Below, piece after piece: positions 17,214 through 26,984 of a DNA stretch of 55,449 nt. Each line of letters opens with the position of its first letter. The stretch's first letter is position 1. This DNA is from an uncultured delta proteobacterium. Its GTDB lineage: Bacteria > Desulfobacterota > WTBG01 > CAIYCZ01 > CAIRTM01. The notes beneath the pieces are model-generated. The model ran no database searches. It had not been told where the DNA came from and worked only from the letters and a program-made list of their open reading frames with translations. Made by a program: the position numbers and the translations under genes. The DNA lies in contig CAIWCT010000453.1 of the NCBI GenBank assembly GCA_903911225.1, positions 1 to 55,449 of the forward strand. The letters run 5' to 3'.

Positions 17214-17597
17214 ATGAAAAAAATAGCTTTTGCCTGTGAAGAAAACAAGGGACTTGAATCAGAAATGAGCGGGCACTTCGGTCGCTGTCCGTATTTTATG
17301 ATGGTGGATGTCGAGGGCACGGAGGTGAAGAAGGTTGACCCGGTTGCCAATCCGTTTTTCAATGGCCATGTGCCCGGCGTAGTTCCAGAGTTTATCAATA
17401 AGCAGAATGTCAATGTCATGATCGCCGGCGGCATGGGCCCCAAGGCCGTTGATATGTTTAACGGTTTCGGCATTGAGGTGGCAACCGGTGTAGGCGGAAA
17501 AGTAGCAAATGTTTTAAAAGCCTATCTTGAAGGAAAGGTAAGCGGCACTGTAGCTTGCTCGCATGACCATGGCGACAGCTGCGGCGGGCACAGCTGA
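17214..17597 (+). CDS. NifB/NifX family protein
   Basis: GHFGRCPYF, AGGMGPKA, C-terminal CSHDHGDSC. Confidence 0.9.
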   Translation: MKKIAFACEENKGLESEMSGHFGRCPYFMMVDVEGTEVKKVDPVANPFFNGHVPGVVPEFINKQNVNVMIAGGMGPKAVDMFNGFGIEVATGVGGKVANVLKAYLEGKVSGTVACSHDHGDSCGGHS

Positions 17598-17608
17598 GAG
17601 AGGCGATT

Positions 17609-17956
17609 ATGAAAATTGCAATTTCAGCATGCGGCGACACCTTGTCGGCAAAAACCCATGCCCTTTTTGGCAGATGCGATTACTTCGTTATCGTTGATAC
17701 GGAAACGGGGGAAAGCACGGCTCTGAAAAATAAATCGGCAGAGGCCTCAACCGGGGCAGGTCCGGCCTGCGCTCAGGAGCTTTTCAATGCAGGAGTCACT
17801 ACTGTCGTGAGCGGTAAAATAGGGCCCAATGCCTATGAAGCGCTCAAGGCAGCAGGGGCTGGTATCTTTCTGGCGCCTCCGGGCATCACGGTGCAGGAGG
17901 CGCTGGACAGGTTTAAAGCCGGCAGCCTTTCCGAAATGCAGATACAGCGGTTTTAG
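17609..17956 (+). CDS. NifB/NifX family protein, orange protein (ORP)-like
   Basis: MKIAIS, FGRCDYF, GAG, GKIGPNA. Confidence 0.88.
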   Translation: MKIAISACGDTLSAKTHALFGRCDYFVIVDTETGESTALKNKSAEASTGAGPACAQELFNAGVTTVVSGKIGPNAYEALKAAGAGIFLAPPGITVQEALDRFKAGSLSEMQIQRF

Positions 17957-18006
17957 AAAAGAATGGACACTGTAATGCAATACTATCTTTTGATAAGGAA
18001 GAGCCT

Positions 18007-18870
18007 ATGATTATAGCCGTTGCCAGCGGCAAGGGCGGCACGGGCAAGACGACCGTGGCGGTGAGCCTGGCCCTTTCTCTTAACGGGGTGCAGTTTGCCG
18101 ACTGCGATGTCGAGGAGCCCAATGCCGCTATTTTTTTACAGCCCACGATAACTGAACAAATACCCGTGACCCTGCCGGTGCCGGAAATCGATGAAACAAA
18201 ATGCAGCGGCTGCGGCAAATGCACGGACCTGTGCGCCTACAATGCCCTGATCGTGCTGGGTACGCGGGTGCTGGTGTTTCCGCATATGTGCCATGGCTGC
18301 GGCGGCTGTACGATTATCTGCCCGGAGCGGGCAATAACGGAGAAGCCTCGTGCAATAGGCATGATTGAAAAAGGCCATGCCCTGTCGATAGCATTTATGC
18401 AGGGCACCCTTAATGTGGGCGATCCCATGGCGACACCCATTATCAAACAGTTGCGTAAGCATCTTGACCGCTCAAAAATTGTCATTCTCGACTCGCCGCC
18501 GGGAACCTCCTGTCCGGTGATCGAAACCGTGCGCGAGAGCGACTTCTGTATTTTAGTCACCGAGCCCACGCCGTTTGGCCTGCATGATCTGCAACTGGCG
18601 GTTGCAACGGTGAGGGAGCTGCATGTTCCGTTTGGTGTGATTATCAACTGCGCCGGTATCGGCGATGACGCAGTGGAAAACTACTGTCGGCGTGAGTCTA
18701 TACCGCTGCTCATGAAAATCCCCTGGGAACGCCGCATTGCCGAAGGGTATTCCCGGGGCGAGCCCATCATGTCCGTCATGCCGGAGCTGAAACAGGCTTT
18801 TATAAATTTACATACAACGATTGCAGCTGCCAGCCGCAGCCAATCACAAACTGCTTTGAAGGAGCCTTGA
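18007..18870 (+). CDS. MinD-superfamily P-loop ATPase with inserted 2x[4Fe-4S] ferredoxin
   Basis: ASGKGGTGKTT, DCDVEEPN, CSGCGKC, CHGCGGC, DSPPGTSCP, TEPTPFGLHDL. Confidence 0.92.
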   Translation: MIIAVASGKGGTGKTTVAVSLALSLNGVQFADCDVEEPNAAIFLQPTITEQIPVTLPVPEIDETKCSGCGKCTDLCAYNALIVLGTRVLVFPHMCHGCGGCTIICPERAITEKPRAIGMIEKGHALSIAFMQGTLNVGDPMATPIIKQLRKHLDRSKIVILDSPPGTSCPVIETVRESDFCILVTEPTPFGLHDLQLAVATVRELHVPFGVIINCAGIGDDAVENYCRRESIPLLMKIPWERRIAEGYSRGEPIMSVMPELKQAFINLHTTIAAASRSQSQTALKEP

Positions 18871-18872
18871 TC

Positions 18873-19502
18873 ATGAGCGAAACGGAAAATAAAAAATCTC
18901 TGCTTGCCGACCACATTCATAAAAACACCATGTCCCGAGAAGAGCTTGAAAAGGAACTACATGCGTTTCTTGACGAGGCAAGCTCCTGGCCCGGCACGAC
19001 CGACAAGCCCGGCTGCCCCCTGAAGCACGGCCTTGCCTGTGTGCTCTGCACGGTGCATGACGATGAGCCGCGCGCTACACCGATTGATTTTTTTATTGAT
19101 GGATTCACCCTGTGGCATGCTGGTGAGCCTGGCCTAAAAATCCGAAATATTCGCTCCAACGCAAAAGTCGCCGTAGGCGTCTATCACCCCATGGATCACA
19201 GCGTCCTCAACCGCAGCCTGCAGATAAACGGCACGGCAACGCTTCTTCCCTATGCCGGGCATGAACAGGAGTTTTTAGAGCGCCTCAAAATTATGGGCGT
19301 ATATGCTGCGGCCGCGAAGGTCATGGGTGAAATGCTTGCTGCCCAAGGCAAACCTGCTGGCAATCTTGACGAGGACATCATAAAAGCTATTAAACGATTT
19401 AATTTGATCAAAATAGAGCCTTATGAAATCACGTACCTGCGGATTCATCCGACCGAAGGCACGGTGAAAAATATCTGGAAAAAGATTCCAGCGGAGGCTT
19501 GA
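18873..19502 (+). CDS. Pyridoxamine 5'-phosphate oxidase-like (split barrel) protein
   Basis: VLCTVHDDEPRATP, KIRNIRSNAKVAV, SLQINGTA. Confidence 0.7.
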   Translation: MSETENKKSLLADHIHKNTMSREELEKELHAFLDEASSWPGTTDKPGCPLKHGLACVLCTVHDDEPRATPIDFFIDGFTLWHAGEPGLKIRNIRSNAKVAVGVYHPMDHSVLNRSLQINGTATLLPYAGHEQEFLERLKIMGVYAAAAKVMGEMLAAQGKPAGNLDEDIIKAIKRFNLIKIEPYEITYLRIHPTEGTVKNIWKKIPAEA

Positions 19503-20365
19503 TGAAACAAATTACTGTTATCAGTGGGAAGGGCGGCACGGGCAAAACCACCATAACGGCAGCTCTTTCCTATCTTGCGGAGAAGGCGGTGCTTGCCGAT
19601 TGCGATGTTGACGCCGCCGATCTGCATATTCTGCTTGATCCGGCGGTTCAGCGGACAGAAGAGTTCTCCGGCGGGAAAACTGCGGTTATTCAGAAATCCT
19701 TGTGCACACAGTGCGGCGCCTGCAGGGAGCTATGCCGGTTTGACGCAATCCACGGCCTTGAAATCGATCCGGTCTCCTGCGAGGGCTGCGGTGTTTGCGC
19801 GGCTCTGTGTCCAGAGAAAGCCATTACCATGGCGAATAAACTTTCCGGCCACTGGTTTGTCTCCGATACCCGCAACGGGCCCATGGTGCATGCACGCTTG
19901 GGCATTGCCGAAGATAATTCCGGGAAGCTCGTCAGCGTTGTGCGGCAGGAGGCGCGGCGGGTTGCTGAAGAAAAGGGCCTTGATTATGTTATTATTGACG
20001 GGCCGCCGGGCATCGGCTGCCCGGTTATCGCTTCAATCACCGGCGTTGACCTGGTGCTGGTGGTGACCGAGCCCACGCTTTCGGGCCTGCATGATCTCAA
20101 GCGCGTGTTGGAAACAGCCGGGCATTTCAATATCCCCGCCGCCGTGTGCATCAATAAGTTCGACATTAATTCCGAGAACACTCGAGTCATAGAAGGATTT
20201 TGTGCGCAGCAGGAGGTGTGCGTTGTCGGGAAGATTCCCTATGATCGAAGAGTTGTCGCGGCGCTGATGCAAAAAAATACGGTGTTTGAATATCCCTGCG
20301 GCGAGGTGTCGGCAGAAATCACCCGGATGTGGGTTACCTTGACTGCTATTGTTCAGGAGTTCTGA
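19502..20365 (+). CDS. MinD-superfamily P-loop ATPase with inserted ferredoxin (second paralog)
   Basis: ISGKGGTGKTT, DCDVDAADL, CTQCGAC, CEGCGVC, NSGKLV, DGPPGIGCP. Confidence 0.92.
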   Translation: MKQITVISGKGGTGKTTITAALSYLAEKAVLADCDVDAADLHILLDPAVQRTEEFSGGKTAVIQKSLCTQCGACRELCRFDAIHGLEIDPVSCEGCGVCAALCPEKAITMANKLSGHWFVSDTRNGPMVHARLGIAEDNSGKLVSVVRQEARRVAEEKGLDYVIIDGPPGIGCPVIASITGVDLVLVVTEPTLSGLHDLKRVLETAGHFNIPAAVCINKFDINSENTRVIEGFCAQQEVCVVGKIPYDRRVVAALMQKNTVFEYPCGEVSAEITRMWVTLTAIVQEF

Positions 20366-20533
20366 CAACCATATATGCAAGTGAAAAAAGGTCTACCGGA
20401 TCAGCAATAAAATTTATAAAACAACGGAAATAATTCAGTCCGCCATTGGGTCAACGCGGTATTATATGACCGTGCTTGCGGCGGCAGTATATTATTGTAT
20501 GCACAGGAAGCAAGAACCATACAGGCGTAACTC

Positions 20534-21028
20534 ATGAAGTTCGAATTTTCTCCCATCGGCATTATACATTCACCCTATACAGAGCCTGCCGGGGTTCCTA
20601 TTCAGTGCGTTTTCGCCAATGGCGTTACCGGCACGGTCGAGGTGTTCCCGGAATTTGCCGAGGGGCTTACCGATCTTGACGGCTTTTCGCATATAATCCT
20701 GCTGTACCGCTTTCACCGGGTGCAGGGGCATTCTCTCATGTGCCGGCCTTTTCTTGATGTACGCGACCACGGTATTTTTGCAACACGTGCGCCCCGCAGG
20801 CCCAATCCCATTGGCCTTTCGGTGGTGGGGCTTCTAAAAATTGACGGCTGCACCTTGACCATAGGCGGCGTTGATATTATCGACGGCACCCCACTGCTTG
20901 ACATTAAGCCCTATGTGCCGGATTTTGATGTGCGACATAATGCGAAAACCGGCTGGTATGAGCAGGCGGGTAACAAACAGCAGACCATGGCAGATGACCG
21001 TTTTGTTAATAATAATGAAAAAAAATAA
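20534..21028 (+). CDS. tsaA: TsaA/TrmO (YaeB) family SAM-binding protein
   Basis: PIGIIHSPY, GIFATRAPRRPNPIGLS, DGTPLLDIKPY. Confidence 0.88.
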   Translation: MKFEFSPIGIIHSPYTEPAGVPIQCVFANGVTGTVEVFPEFAEGLTDLDGFSHIILLYRFHRVQGHSLMCRPFLDVRDHGIFATRAPRRPNPIGLSVVGLLKIDGCTLTIGGVDIIDGTPLLDIKPYVPDFDVRHNAKTGWYEQAGNKQQTMADDRFVNNNEKK

Positions 21029-21043
21029 GAAAGGAACAACGCC

Positions 21044-21814
21044 ATGCTTCTTGAAACACTGAAAACTGCAGCACTTGAAAAAGCAGGAAACATACACGTA
21101 ACCGATGTCAGGATCGGGTTGGGATATACCGCCGTAATGCTCGATACGGGCAGCGTCGGCCTTGCCTATACCTTCCGCGACAAGGCCGAGTCTGGCTGCT
21201 CGGTGTTTCAGGGCAAACGGCCCCTTGCGGGTTCACCGGTGCGGGATGTACTTCAGTATATTGGCTCTGACGGGCTGCTGGAACGCACGCTTGGTCTGGC
21301 TGCGGCAAATGCCCTGTTTAATACCGATGATGCCGCAGGTAGCATGTCGGGATGGCAATGCTCTGAAGGCGATCTTTTGGATGTGCTTTCGCTCACAAAA
21401 AATGACCGGGTTGGGATGGTAGGTTTTTTTGGGCCCCTGGCGCCTGTAATTAAGCAGCGGGCAGGCGAGCTTATTATTTTTGAGGAAAACATGGCCCGTG
21501 CCGACGGCCTCTGCCCGGGAAGCAAGGCCGCAGAGCTTTTGCCGTCATGTTCGGTTGCAATTATAACAGCAACGTCCATTCTCAATAACAGCTTTGAGCA
21601 TATCGCAGCAGCCGCAGACAAGTGTCGCATCAAGGCCGTGCTTGGGCCGTCGACCCCGCTGGCGCCCGGTGTTTTCAAAAACTACGGGGTAACACACCTT
21701 TCCGGTGTTGTCGGCATCGATGCGGCGGCAATACTGCGCGTGGTCAGCGAAGGCGGGGGCACACGGTTTTTCATGGAATGGTCGAAAAAGATAAATCTTG
21801 TTCTCAATGGTTAA
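21044..21814 (+). CDS. DUF364 (Rossmann-like) protein
   Basis: DVRIGLGYTAV, GLAAANA, VGMVGFF, ITATSILN, LGPSTP. Confidence 0.85.
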   Translation: MLLETLKTAALEKAGNIHVTDVRIGLGYTAVMLDTGSVGLAYTFRDKAESGCSVFQGKRPLAGSPVRDVLQYIGSDGLLERTLGLAAANALFNTDDAAGSMSGWQCSEGDLLDVLSLTKNDRVGMVGFFGPLAPVIKQRAGELIIFEENMARADGLCPGSKAAELLPSCSVAIITATSILNNSFEHIAAAADKCRIKAVLGPSTPLAPGVFKNYGVTHLSGVVGIDAAAILRVVSEGGGTRFFMEWSKKINLVLNG

Positions 21815-21823
21815 AGGAGGTTT

Positions 21824-22663
21824 ATGAATTATTTTGTGGTGTATATCTCCCCGGCAGGAACCACGCAGCATGCGGCTCGGGTCATCAGCAGCGAATTGAA
21901 CGGCCTTGGAAAAACGTGCAGCACCCTTGATTTTGGTGACAGAGCCTGCATGAAGCTGCTCGATGCCGCATTGCCTGCCTTTGCTCATAATTCCTGTCTG
22001 TTTATAGGTTCGCCGGTCTATGCCAGCCATGCAGTTCCAGTAGTCATGGATTTCATCGCACGACTTCACCAGGGCAACGGCTGCTGCAGTGTGCCCTTTG
22101 TAACCTGGGGCACCGTGACCAGCGGCGTGGCGCTTGCGGATATGGGCGGAGCGCTTGCGGCAAAAGGCTATCCTGCGATCGCAGCGGCAAAAATAGTTGC
22201 CGAGCATTCTCTGCTGTGGCAATCCGCCAATCCTTTGGGCAAAGGCAGGCCCGATGCCGATGACGATCGCAGCATACGTGACATGGTAAAAAAAGTCGTT
22301 GCTGCATTGGATGCGGGTTCGGCAAAGCATGTATCCGCAGCAACGCTGAATTATCAGCCCGAGCCCTTGCGGAAAGTCATGGCAGGCCTGGTGCTGAGTG
22401 CAGTGAGAAAGGTTCTCCCACAGATAAGCCTCAAGCGCGATCTGTGCAATCTGTGCGGCGACTGCGTTGCAGCCTGCCCGGCTGAAGCCGTTGAGCTTGC
22501 CGACGGCCCGGTTTTTAAAGACTGCTGCATTGCCTGCTACAACTGCCTTCGGGCCTGCCCGGAACATGCGCTGCAGGCTGATTTCACTAAAATGGAAGCA
22601 GGACTTGCGCAAAGGGTGAAGGACTTTGGCGAAATCTGTGAAACGGTCGTGTATCTGCCCTGA
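21824..22663 (+). CDS. EFR1-like flavodoxin-ferredoxin fusion
   Basis: YISPAGTT, GSPVY, GRPD, CNLCGDCVAACP, CIACYNCLRACP. Confidence 0.85.
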   Translation: MNYFVVYISPAGTTQHAARVISSELNGLGKTCSTLDFGDRACMKLLDAALPAFAHNSCLFIGSPVYASHAVPVVMDFIARLHQGNGCCSVPFVTWGTVTSGVALADMGGALAAKGYPAIAAAKIVAEHSLLWQSANPLGKGRPDADDDRSIRDMVKKVVAALDAGSAKHVSAATLNYQPEPLRKVMAGLVLSAVRKVLPQISLKRDLCNLCGDCVAACPAEAVELADGPVFKDCCIACYNCLRACPEHALQADFTKMEAGLAQRVKDFGEICETVVYLP

Positions 22664-22717
22664 AATATGTCACAGGGGTTCCGTTAAAAATTTATCAAGT
22701 ACAAGAGAGGGTCACAA

Positions 22718-22945
22718 ATGCCTATTTATGAATACCAGTGCGCAGCCTGCGGACAAACAACTGAAATTATAACCGTGGGAAGCGAATCCCAAGATACCGT
22801 GATATGCGCCACATGCGGCAGCGCGAAGCTTGAGAAAAAGATATCTGCAGCGGCGCTTCCCAAAATGCCCGCACGCCCTGCCGGCAAAACCTGCTGCGGC
22901 CGGGATAAAAAATGCGGAGGGGGGCCTTCCTGCTGCGGCATGTGA
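22718..22945 (+). CDS. FmdB family zinc-ribbon protein
   Basis: MPIYEYQCAACG...CATCGS. Confidence 0.88.
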   Translation: MPIYEYQCAACGQTTEIITVGSESQDTVICATCGSAKLEKKISAAALPKMPARPAGKTCCGRDKKCGGGPSCCGM

Positions 22946-22976
22946 GCCCGTAATTTTCAGCTCAAGGGAATAAGGT

Positions 22977-23447
22977 ATGGAGACAATAGAGATACCAGGG
23001 CGAAAAAAGATGCGCATAAAGCATCTGGTGCTCGACTATAACGGCACCCTGGCTTTAGACGGCAAATTGCTGCCGGGCGTGCAGGAGCTTATTACAGCGC
23101 TTGCATTGCGATTCGAGATACATGTGCTGACAGCAGACATGCATTCAAGCTGCACCCGCGAGCTTTCAGGCCTGCCGGTGAAGATAGCCGTCATTGCCGG
23201 AAACCCGGAGGATGCCGCAAAGCTTGCCTATGTGCGAACACTTGGCGCCGCATCATGCATTTGCATCGGCAACGGCATGAACGATCGGCTAATGCTGGCG
23301 GCCTGTGGGCTGGGCATTGTGGTTGTGGGCGATGAGTGCGCAGCCTTGCGGGCCTGCCTTGCCGCCGACATTGTCGCGCCGGGAATTATTCAGGCGCTGG
23401 GATTGCTGAAAAATGAAAAGCGACTTCTGGCGACCTTGAGGAACTGA
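22977..23447 (+). CDS. HAD family hydrolase (soluble P-type ATPase-like)
   Basis: LVLDYNGTLA, VLTAD, IGNGMND, LLATLR. Confidence 0.87.
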   Translation: METIEIPGRKKMRIKHLVLDYNGTLALDGKLLPGVQELITALALRFEIHVLTADMHSSCTRELSGLPVKIAVIAGNPEDAAKLAYVRTLGAASCICIGNGMNDRLMLAACGLGIVVVGDECAALRACLAADIVAPGIIQALGLLKNEKRLLATLRN

Positions 23448-23470
23448 ATCATGAGCGGGGAAGTAGCAGC

Positions 23471-24472
23471 ATGAAACACGGACATATTTCAGACATGGTT
23501 GCAAAGGCGCTGGACGGCGAGCTCCTGGCCGGGGAGGAGATCAGCGCTCTGCTGTCAGTGTCGATTAAAACGGAAGAAAGCTTTTATATTCAGTGGGCGG
23601 GTAGAACTATAAGCGACCAGGTTTCGCTTGGCAGGGCCGAAGTGCATGCCCAGGTCGGCCTTAACATATCACCCTGCTTTAATGACTGTCTGTTCTGTTC
23701 GTTTGCGCGTATAAATGGCATATTTTCTCAGCAAACGGAGACCGCGCTTGAGGACATTATTGCGCGCTGCGCCGATTTTGAAAAAAACGGCGCTAATGCC
23801 ATCTATCTTATGTGCACGGCGGATTTTGATTTTGACCGGTTCATTGACTGCGCCGCTGCGGTTAGGGCAGCGCTCCAACCATGCACCGTTCTGATTGCAA
23901 ATATCGCCGACTTCGGTCCAGCGCAGGCACGCAGGCTGAAGGACGCGGGCTGTGCCGGGGTGTATCATGCCCTGCGGCTGGGCGAAGGCAGCGACACGCG
24001 CATTCCCCCTGAGCGACGGCTACAAACATTTCATGCGGCGCGGGAGGCAGGACTCAAGCTTGGCACCTGCCTTGAGCCTGTTGGGCCCGAGCACACGATT
24101 GCCGAACTGGTTGAAAAGACCCTTATCGCCCGTGATGCCACTCCCGTTTACTGTGGCGCTGCCCGCCGTATTCCCATTGCCGGGACAAAGCTTGCCGGTT
24201 ACGGCATTGTTTCCGAGGCCCGCATGGCCCATATTCTTGCCGTGGTGCGGCTGGCCATGGGTTTTGGAGTTCCCGGCAACTGCACGCATGAACCCAATGT
24301 AACAGGTGCTATTGCCGGTGCCAATCTGTTCTGGGCAGAGTCTGGGGCCAATCCCCGCGACGACCGCGAGCAGACGGAAAAAAGCCGTGGAACCAACATT
24401 AATGACTGTCGACAGCTGTTTATCGAAGCAGAATGGGATGTGGCAACAGGCCCATCCCCTTTTTTTAGTTGA
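23471..24472 (+). CDS. Radical SAM protein, biotin-synthase-related, function unknown
   Basis: CFNDCLFC (CxxxCxxC), YHALRLGEG, CTHEP, AGANLFWAE. Confidence 0.85.
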   Translation: MKHGHISDMVAKALDGELLAGEEISALLSVSIKTEESFYIQWAGRTISDQVSLGRAEVHAQVGLNISPCFNDCLFCSFARINGIFSQQTETALEDIIARCADFEKNGANAIYLMCTADFDFDRFIDCAAAVRAALQPCTVLIANIADFGPAQARRLKDAGCAGVYHALRLGEGSDTRIPPERRLQTFHAAREAGLKLGTCLEPVGPEHTIAELVEKTLIARDATPVYCGAARRIPIAGTKLAGYGIVSEARMAHILAVVRLAMGFGVPGNCTHEPNVTGAIAGANLFWAESGANPRDDREQTEKSRGTNINDCRQLFIEAEWDVATGPSPFFS

Positions 24473-24490
24473 TACAGGAAAGGAAAGTGT

Positions 24491-24955
24491 ATGGGACCCG
24501 TTAGTACCGAAAAAGCAAAGCCCGAGAAGCTGCAGCATGATTCCCCGCAGCCCACAGACGAAGATGCAGGCGTCATTTTTTATAATGAGACAGTTATCGA
24601 ACACTTCACTAACCCGCGGAATGTGGGCGAGATAGAAGATGCCGACGGCTTTGCACTGGTGGGCGATCCTTCCTGTGGCGATCAGATGAAGCTCTGGATT
24701 AAGGTGGAGGCGGGTCATATTGTCGATATCAAGTTTAAATCTTTCGGCTGCCCCGGCGCTATCGCCACCAGCAGCATGACGACCCACCTTGCCATGGGCA
24801 TGTACCTTGAAGACGCAAGGGCTCTCACCGACGATGATGTCGTGCGGGCATTGGGCGGCATTCCGGCAAACAAGCAGCACTGCTCGCTCCTGGGTATCAA
24901 TGCTCTGTTGTTTGCGATCAAAGACTATGAACAGCGTTCAAAGAACCAGCCATGA
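24491..24955 (+). CDS. iscU: IscU/NifU family Fe-S scaffold
   Basis: EHFTNPRNVG, SCGD, FGCPGAIA, HCS. Confidence 0.88.
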   Translation: MGPVSTEKAKPEKLQHDSPQPTDEDAGVIFYNETVIEHFTNPRNVGEIEDADGFALVGDPSCGDQMKLWIKVEAGHIVDIKFKSFGCPGAIATSSMTTHLAMGMYLEDARALTDDDVVRALGGIPANKQHCSLLGINALLFAIKDYEQRSKNQP

Positions 24956-26121
24956 AAGCGCGGGAGCTCATCTATTTTGATCATAATGCCACGACGCCTC
25001 TGTGCACTGAGGCGCGGCAGGCCATGCTGCCGTTTCTTGACACGGCCTTCGGCAACCCTTCTTCTTATCACCGTCTGGGCAGGCAGGCCCGCAGCGACGT
25101 GGAAGCAGGGCGCCGTACCATTGCAGATATTTTTGGCTGCAGACCGACGGAAGTTCTTTTCACCTCAGGCGGCACGGAGGCAAACAATTTGGCCCTGCGC
25201 GGTGCAGCTTCCGCTATGAAGGACAGGGGCTGCCATATCATCACAACGGCCATCGAGCATCACAGCGTACTGAAGACCTGTGAGGCTCTTGGCCGGAAGG
25301 GCTTCAACATAACTTTTCTGCCTGTTGACAGCAAGGGTGTGGTCGATCCGCAGCTGGTTGCAGACGCGATCCGACCCGATACGATTCTTCTAAGCGTGAT
25401 GCACGCCAACAATGAAACAGGCGCAGTGCAGCCCGTTGAAGAAATAGGACGTATTGCGCGCCAAAGGGGCATAACATTCCACTCCGATGCTATTCAGGCT
25501 TTCGGTAAAATAGCGATGGGCACAGTGCTTGACTATGCCGATATGGTTTCGGTATCAGCCCACAAGGTATACGGACCCCGAGGCGTTGGGGCACTGCTGG
25601 TGCGTAGGGGCACGTCGCTTTCACCAATTATGACAGGCGGGCATCATGAGCATGGCCTGCGGCCCGGCACAGAAAATATGGCCGCTATTGCCGGTTTTGC
25701 CGCAGCGGCGGGGCAGGCGGTGGAAAAACTTGCCGCAGAGGCGGCTCGTCTTGCAGTTCTTCGCGATCGTTTTGAAGAAATGCTGTTGCAAACCATACCT
25801 AATATATCCATCAACAGCTGCGATGCGCCCCGAACACCTAATACATCCAGCATCTGTTTTTCAGGCATTGAGAGCGAGTCGGTGCTGCTGCACCTTGATC
25901 TGCTGGGAATTTGTGCCTCGGCAGGCTCAGCCTGCACCACGGGCGATCCAGAGCCTTCGCATGTGCTGCGGGCCATGGGCCTTTCAAGCCTGCAGGCCCA
26001 GGGCGCGGTACGCTTTTCCTTCGGCAGCACTACCACGCCGGAGCAAATTGATTCGGCAGCCGAAACCCTTGCCGGCATTGTCAAAAAACTTAGGGGGGTA
26101 TCCAGCCTATGCCAAAACTGA
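24952..26121 (+). CDS. iscS: Cysteine desulfurase (IscS/NifS group I)
   Basis: YFDHNATTP, GNPSS, TSGGTEANN, SAHKVYGP, GSACT. Confidence 0.92.
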   Translation: MKARELIYFDHNATTPLCTEARQAMLPFLDTAFGNPSSYHRLGRQARSDVEAGRRTIADIFGCRPTEVLFTSGGTEANNLALRGAASAMKDRGCHIITTAIEHHSVLKTCEALGRKGFNITFLPVDSKGVVDPQLVADAIRPDTILLSVMHANNETGAVQPVEEIGRIARQRGITFHSDAIQAFGKIAMGTVLDYADMVSVSAHKVYGPRGVGALLVRRGTSLSPIMTGGHHEHGLRPGTENMAAIAGFAAAAGQAVEKLAAEAARLAVLRDRFEEMLLQTIPNISINSCDAPRTPNTSSICFSGIESESVLLHLDLLGICASAGSACTTGDPEPSHVLRAMGLSSLQAQGAVRFSFGSTTTPEQIDSAAETLAGIVKKLRGVSSLCQN

Positions 26122-26951
26122 CCATATTGTGTGAAAATACTGCCGGCACCGCGCTGAGTGTGCTGGGCGAACACGGCTTTGCCGTCCTAATAGAAAGGGG
26201 ATGCCAAAGCTTTCTGTTTGACACCGGCCAGGGCCATACTATCTTACATAATACTGCCTGCCTGAAAAAAGATCTCAGCAGGATAAACAAAATACTGCTC
26301 AGCCATGGCCACTATGACCATACTGGCGGGCTGATGAAGGTAGTGAAACTGGCTGCACCGGTCGATGTCTACTGCCATCCCGCAGTCTTTATGAAGCGCT
26401 ATGCCGCTGTAAAAGCGGGTGATAAAACGACCCACCGCAGCGTGGGCATGCCATACCTTCGCGACGAACTTGAAGCCCTGGGGGCAAGGTTTGTTTTTAA
26501 TACAGCCTTTACGAAAATTGCAAAGGGGCTTTATTTGACTGGTGAGGTGCCCCGCACGACCTTATTTGAAAAAAATGACCGACGCCTGGTGGTGCAAAAA
26601 GATGGGCAGTACGTGCAGGACACCATCCCTGATGATCAGTCGCTGGTCATTGAATCAGGGCGGGGGCTTGCTGTCATACTCGGCTGTGCTCACTCCGGTA
26701 TCATTAATACCCTGAATCACATACAGTCGCAACTGCCGGGAAAAACTATTCATACTGTCATTGGCGGCACACATATGGGGTTTCTCAGCGAGACGCAGCT
26801 TGAAAAAACAATAGAGCATCTGAAGCAGTTTGACCTAAAGCGCATCGGTGTTTCCCACTGTACCGGCCTTGCGCCCTCGATGAGGCTTCTGCAGGCTTTT
26901 GGGGATAAATTCTTTTTTGCAAATGTAGGGAGCGTTTTGGATATTGCCTAA
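26109..26951 (+). CDS. MBL-fold metallo-hydrolase
   Basis: EHGF, FDTG, SHGHYDHTGG, GCAHSG, GGTH, HCTG. Confidence 0.9.
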   Translation: MPKLTILCENTAGTALSVLGEHGFAVLIERGCQSFLFDTGQGHTILHNTACLKKDLSRINKILLSHGHYDHTGGLMKVVKLAAPVDVYCHPAVFMKRYAAVKAGDKTTHRSVGMPYLRDELEALGARFVFNTAFTKIAKGLYLTGEVPRTTLFEKNDRRLVVQKDGQYVQDTIPDDQSLVIESGRGLAVILGCAHSGIINTLNHIQSQLPGKTIHTVIGGTHMGFLSETQLEKTIEHLKQFDLKRIGVSHCTGLAPSMRLLQAFGDKFFFANVGSVLDIA

Positions 26952-26984
26952 ACGATTGAAAAATACAACTAAGTAGGAGGGTAT

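Noticed and set aside
10556-26121. Nitrogen fixation cluster
   Set aside because: No nifH, nifD or nifK; the NifB/NifX, NifU and NifS genes fit an ORP/Fe-S context
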